A DNA stretch of 64,000 nucleotides, taken from the human T2T-CHM13v2.0 reference genome, Homo sapiens. Positions 58,740 to 64,000 of this stretch are shown here, one piece after another. Where the stretch lies: NCBI RefSeq assembly GCF_009914755.1, contig NC_060935.1. One strand, written 5' to 3'. The stretch's first letter is position 1. Each line of letters opens with the position of its first letter. A program made the position numbers and the translations under genes. The notes under the pieces are model-generated. The model did no database searches. It was not told where the DNA came from and saw only the letters and a list, made by a program, of their open reading frames with translations.

Positions 58740-58878
58740 TGCACCTTGAGTAAAAGTTTCCTGAGGCCTCCCCACAAGCAGAAACCACCATGCTTCCTGT
58801 ATACCCTATGGAACCATGAGCCAACTAAAGGTATTTCTCATGTATTTCTTTATAGCAATGCAAGAACATACTAATACA
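58740..58878 (+). mobile_element. MST (MaLR) LTR 3' fragment
   Basis: ctgaggcctcccca..agcagaa..ccaccatgcttcctgta...tatttctttatagcaatgcaagaacatactaataca. Confidence 0.75.
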
Positions 58879-60499
58879 GCTAAGCAGAGGCCATCAGGAC
58901 CAGCAACAGTCTGAGCTGGATGAGAGACAAAGCTAAACTTTGAGAAGCAGCAGGAGCTGCCAGGGGACAGAAAGGAAGGATGGAGTCCTAAATTCCAGGA
59001 TGTCTCCTTTAAATCTGTAAGAAGCTCAGCCACTGTCTTTTTACCTGACTCCTCTGGGAAAGAGTTTCCCTAGGTTAAGCCATACAGGGATAGGGCAGGA
59101 GATGCCATTTGGATCTAGGAGCAGAGGTCAGAGACTCAGCAGGAAGAGTGTCTCTATGAGAAGCAGACACAGTGGAGCAGGTGCATAGGTTCACAGGGCC
59201 AGCTATGGGTAGAGTCGGGTGTACATTTTTAGAAGCCACAATTCCCAAAAATCTCCTGACTATAACATCAGTGCACAGAGCCAGTCAAATGGAGGAGGAG
59301 TGGGTCCAGGCAATTCAGGAAGAAGGAAAGTAAAAAATGAGTGGTTTCAGGAGAACACTTTCTCTGTCGAGGTCACTAGACAGAACATTGTAGCCTCACC
59401 TTAACTTCGGAAACAAGCAATGGAGGGTAAAAGTGTTGCCTGGGCCCTGGGAGCAAAGGCAGTAGATAACTTCTCTGTTGTGTCCTCCAGAAGGGCCTAG
59501 TCCAGCCTCACAGGCCGAGAAGTCTGTTCAGTTCCCAAGTACTAGAGATGCTGCTATAAGGGATCCCTGAATTTCCTGCCCGGACCACAGGCTCCCCGGC
59601 CTTTTCTTCCTGTTTTATTTTTTCCCAGGAAGAAACTTGCCTGTATAATTACAAGGTTCTATGATTCTAAATTCCAACCTAGCCTTCCACATCGTTTTGA
59701 AGGTATAATATTATTTGTCAGAGTGGGATGATAGAAGATATGTGTGCACATAAAATTAAGTTGTTGACAAGGAAAAAAACTAAAATAAAAAAATAAGAGA
59801 GAAAAAATATGTATGTACAGTGGTTAGCTAGAAATATGCCTTTTAAATATTTGACATGTGGTATGTGGGCCTCAATGTGTACTATTGCACTAGCTTCACA
59901 AATATTAAAGGATGTCTTTTAAAAGAAAAACCTCTTGCTAAAAGGTTAACAGTCAAAATAACCCGAGTGGCACAGGTACCAGTCATTAAGTGAAACCTTT
60001 CATCTTCCCAGTATAGTACCTGTTCCCAAGCCAGCTTCTTTGAAAATCACTTTTCTCTCTTTTACTATTTAGTTTATAAATTGCATAGTAACAATACAGA
60101 AACCACAATAGCAGAAAAAACTAATAAAGAATATTTTTAAATGAAAACTCACATCCTAACTCTACCAAAACATGGTAATTAAACCTGAATGCCTCCCTTT
60201 CCTGATATATTTTTTCACCTAAATATTCAGCTCTGGGATTGCATTGTCTTTGGATTGAGTGAAAATTATTGCCTGGTCTCTAAATCTTCCATAGTGTGTG
60301 TGTGAGTGTGTGTGTGTGTTGAATGTATTTCTTTTTGTTCAGAGCAAACTTTTTTCAATATGTATATATAGATATATATATTTAGGCAGATTATGCCAGT
60401 AATTTTCTACAAATGTGCTTTTTTAAAAATAATCTTTAATTAAAAAAATAATTATTATTCTTATCCAGTGGCCCATAATTTTTAAAAACACTACTAATA

Positions 60500-61055
60500 G
60501 AGCTGGGTATGGAGTCACACACCTGCCATCCCAGCTACTTGGGAGACTGAGGCAGGGGTATTTGCTTGAACCTGGGAATGTGAAACTAGCCTGGGCAACA
60601 TAGTGAGACCCCCATTTCAAAAATCAATCTGTCATTTAAAAATAAAATAAAATAAAACAAAACACTACTAATAGCTTTTTAAAAAATATTTCTTAACCAA
60701 TTTTCCTAGCACCTTCCTTTCCTCAGTGAAGTATAGAAATATGTTGTCAGGGACTGTGGCTTACACCTATAATCCCAATCATTTGGGAAGCCAAAGCATG
60801 AGAAACAGTTGAGTCCAGGAGTTCAAGACCAGCCAAGGCGACATAATGAGACCCAGTCTCTAAAACAAATTTTTTTTTTTTATTACCAGGGCATGATGGT
60901 GCATGCCTGTAGCCCAGCTACTTGGAAGGCTGAGGTAGGAGAATCGCTTGAGCCCAGGAGGTCAAGGCTGCAGCGAGCCATGGTTGTGCCACTGCACTCC
61001 ATACCTAGGTGACAGAGTGAGACACAGTATCAAAAACAAACAAACAACAAAAAAA
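60500..61055 (+). mobile_element. FLAM (~60500-60625) and AluJ-like element (~60745-61055)
   Basis: Diverged Alu consensus segments. Confidence 0.8.
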
Positions 61056-61189
61056 AGTATTTGTTTTAGAAAAAACATTTGGTGAGGTTTGGGCTTAAAA
61101 ATATATTATTCTAAAATGTTCATAAATATTCTCTAGTAATGATAAGATTAAAGTGACAAAGACAAATTTTTTCCTGTGCAGTTCTATCT

Positions 61190-61462
61190 CTCACCTTCCC
61201 ATAATTTGTCTGTCCCATCCAGCTTCCTAAGGAAATTATTTACAAAATAATGTCTGCATCGTGGGTCTATATATCTGTTGCCTATGAGGAGAGCATTTAA
61301 GATCTGAGCCATCTTCAAGTCTTATACTTTGTGTATGGCTCTCATGTTTATGCAGGTTAAGTAAGTTTGTATGCCCTTTCTCTTATTAATCTGTGTATGG
61401 TCAGTTCATTTCGGGTAATCGTCAGAGGGTGAAAGGGGAAGCTTTTCACTTCACTCCTACTG
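61190..61462 (+). mobile_element. ERV1-type LTR 3' fragment (MER34/MER39-like)
   Basis: tttgtatgccctttctcttattaatctg...gtcagttcatttc...cagagggtgaaaggggaag resembles this LTR terminus. Confidence 0.55.
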
Positions 61463-61644
61463 TGACGGCCAACTACCTTCTTACTTATTCAGTTTTTTAG
61501 TATATATCAACACTTTTATATACCTTTAATTTTAAATAAAATTTTGCATCATTTCACTTAAAATTGTATTTACCTTTTAAAAAGGAAATTAAAAATAAAT
61601 TTAAAAAATATAAAATTTTAAATAATAAAAATAAATGATTTATA

Positions 61645-62275
61645 TAAAAATTAATCTGACCTGTGAAAAACACTATCAAGAGAATAAAATGACAAGTCGT
61701 AGACTAGGAGTAAATATTTACAAAAGCTATATCTGGTGAAGATATATTTGTTATCCAAAATATACAAAGAACTCTCAGGACTCAATATAAGAAAACAAAT
61801 AGTCCAACACAAATGTAAAGATCTGAACAGACATTTCACCATAGAAGACAGATGGATGATAAATAAGCACATTGAAAGATGTTCAACATCATTCATCATT
61901 AGAGAACTGCAAATTAAAACCACAATAAGATACTGCTACATCCCTATTAGAATAGCTAAAATTTGAAAGACTGACCATACTAAACATTGGTGAGAACACA
62001 AAGGAACTGGAATGCTCATACACCGCTGCTGGAAATATTAAACAGTATAGACACTTTGTCAGTTTCTTTAAAAGTTAAACATATCACACCACCTAGTCAT
62101 TCAAATCCTGCGTATTTACCCAAGACAAATGAAAGCGTATGTCCAAACGGTTGGACAAACATTCATAGCAACTTTATTTGAAATAGCAAAAACAACTGGA
62201 AGCAACCCAAATGTCCATCAAGAGGTGAAAAGATACACTAACTGTAGAATATCCATACAATAAAACTATCTTTTT
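61645..62275 (+). mobile_element. Old L1M ORF2 3' fragment
   Basis: ORF 61736-61966 reads KDLNRHFT.ED....NKHIERCSTSFIIRELQIKTTIRY, an L1 ORF2 C-terminal motif. Confidence 0.85.
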
Positions 62276-62457
62276 TTAACTACGGGGCAAAAAACAAAAA
62301 ACCAAAGATAGAATCTAACTTCTTGGTAAATACCTTCACTATTAGGGTTTTTTATAACAGAGAATTCATTCTTTATTAATACTCTTGACTATGAAAATAT
62401 TTTGACATCAGAAATCTGCAAAATATGAATAAACAAGCAAACAAAGGACACACAGCT

Positions 62458-62782
<325 letters not shown>

Positions 62783-63649
62783 AGGACACACAGCTTTAAA
62801 AGCTCTCCTTGGTCTCACCCAGTGCCAACCAACTAAAACCTCTCATTTTCCCCCAGGCATTTCTTCTGCCTCCAGGATGGAGGTACAGAATCTTGGCCTT
62901 GGGCCACGCACTGGGGACCATGCTGGGCTGCCGTGGTCAGCGACAGACTCAGGTTCTCACCAGGAGCCCCAGGATAAGCCCCTGAAAAAAAATGTTACCC
63001 ATCAGGGTGTGCTCCCTGATTCTTGTCTCTGCTGGAAGGAGGAAATCAAGCCAGGAACATTGTCAGGAGAGAGATGAAAATGGGGCTCAGGTTTCTGTCT
63101 CTTGTGATGTCAGACAAACCTTTCAGCTCCATCTCCTCAGCCCTCATGGAATTGTTCGGTGTGGACGCACTGAGATTCTGAACTGGGTCCCCTCTCCCTC
63201 TGCCTTTCTCTGGGGCCAGATCCTGAGCTCTCCAATCCAATTTTTCCCCCAATTTGACCTTGGATTTATGTATCTCAATTACTGTCTGCCTGTCCCAAAG
63301 AATAAAAGCTGTATCGCAGCAGGGACGTTGTTTAAAAAAATAATAATAACAGCTATATTTTTAGGATCCATGACACTGTCCAGCATATCGGTGGTATATG
63401 ATAAAAAAGTTTGTTGAATGAATGAACAAATATATTATTCACAATGTCACATTATCCTGAACTGACAAGAAAATTAAATATCTGATGTCAGTATTGGCAA
63501 CATTATGAAGTAAATATAATTCTGATACAGTACTGGTGAAAATCTAACAAGAGATGCTCATTTTAGAAAACATTTTCTTGTAGATTTGAAAATGTTTAAT
63601 CTCCATGAACTAGTTGTATATCTGCAAGTTGTGTATCTTTGGGTTAGGC

Positions 63650-64000
63650 ATCTGCCCCCCACCAAAGACAGCCACATCCCAGTCTTCAGATAAGGTGAAC
63701 ATGCTACCTTATATGCTAAAAGGGGCTTTGCAGATGTGATTACCATTAAGGGCATTGAAATGGGGAAATTACCTTGAATTATCTTGGTGAGTCCAATCTA
63801 ATCTCATAATTCCTTGAGAGCAGAGAATATTTTCTGGATGCAGAGATTCAGACAGATGGCAGTATGAGAAAGATGTAGCCTGCTATTGCTGGCTTTTAAA
63901 ACAGTGGAAGGGGGCCACAAGCCAAGGAAAGCCAGTGACCTTTAGAAGCTGGGAATGACCCAAAGTTTACAACCAGGAAGAAACCGAGGATCTCAATCCT
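63650..64000 (+). mobile_element. MLT1 (MaLR) LTR running off the window end
   Basis: ctttgcagatgtgatta...gaaatggggaaattaccttgaattatc...ccaatctaatc...gggccacaagccaagg...tagaagctgggaa. Confidence 0.8.

Noticed and set aside
62961-62981. Possible 21-nt minus-strand micro-exon (TTTTCAG...GTGAG)
   Set aside because: No partner exons or recognisable protein context in the window.

Overview
Primate (human-like) genomic DNA with no prokaryotic features. Gene content matches the TRIM49/TRIM64/UBTFL segmental-duplication cluster (11q14.3-type; locus inferred from gene content only). The one intact protein gene is the HMG-box retrogene UBTFL1 (44027-45208, +, 393 aa), which has a candidate upstream non-coding exon and a DUX4-motif/TATA promoter at ~39.2-39.5 kb. 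There are three TRIM remnants: a six-coding-exon TRIM64 copy (-) broken by one 1-bp deletion, a 5'-deleted TRIM51-like copy (+) whose last three exons still splice into an open B30.2-only frame, and an orphan TRIM43-like RING/B-box exon (-). There are two retrocopies: ANKRD33B, with a 456-nt insert at one splice junction, and a 5'-truncated ESCO1 fragment that the ORF track misses. Two full-length L1s with TSDs differ by the ~129-bp 5'UTR segment linked to ZNF93 escape. The rest is Alus, MaLR/ERV LTRs, Tigger/MER elements and three diverged intra-window paralogous blocks. All calls come from reading the sequence and recalled family knowledge; no searches were run.
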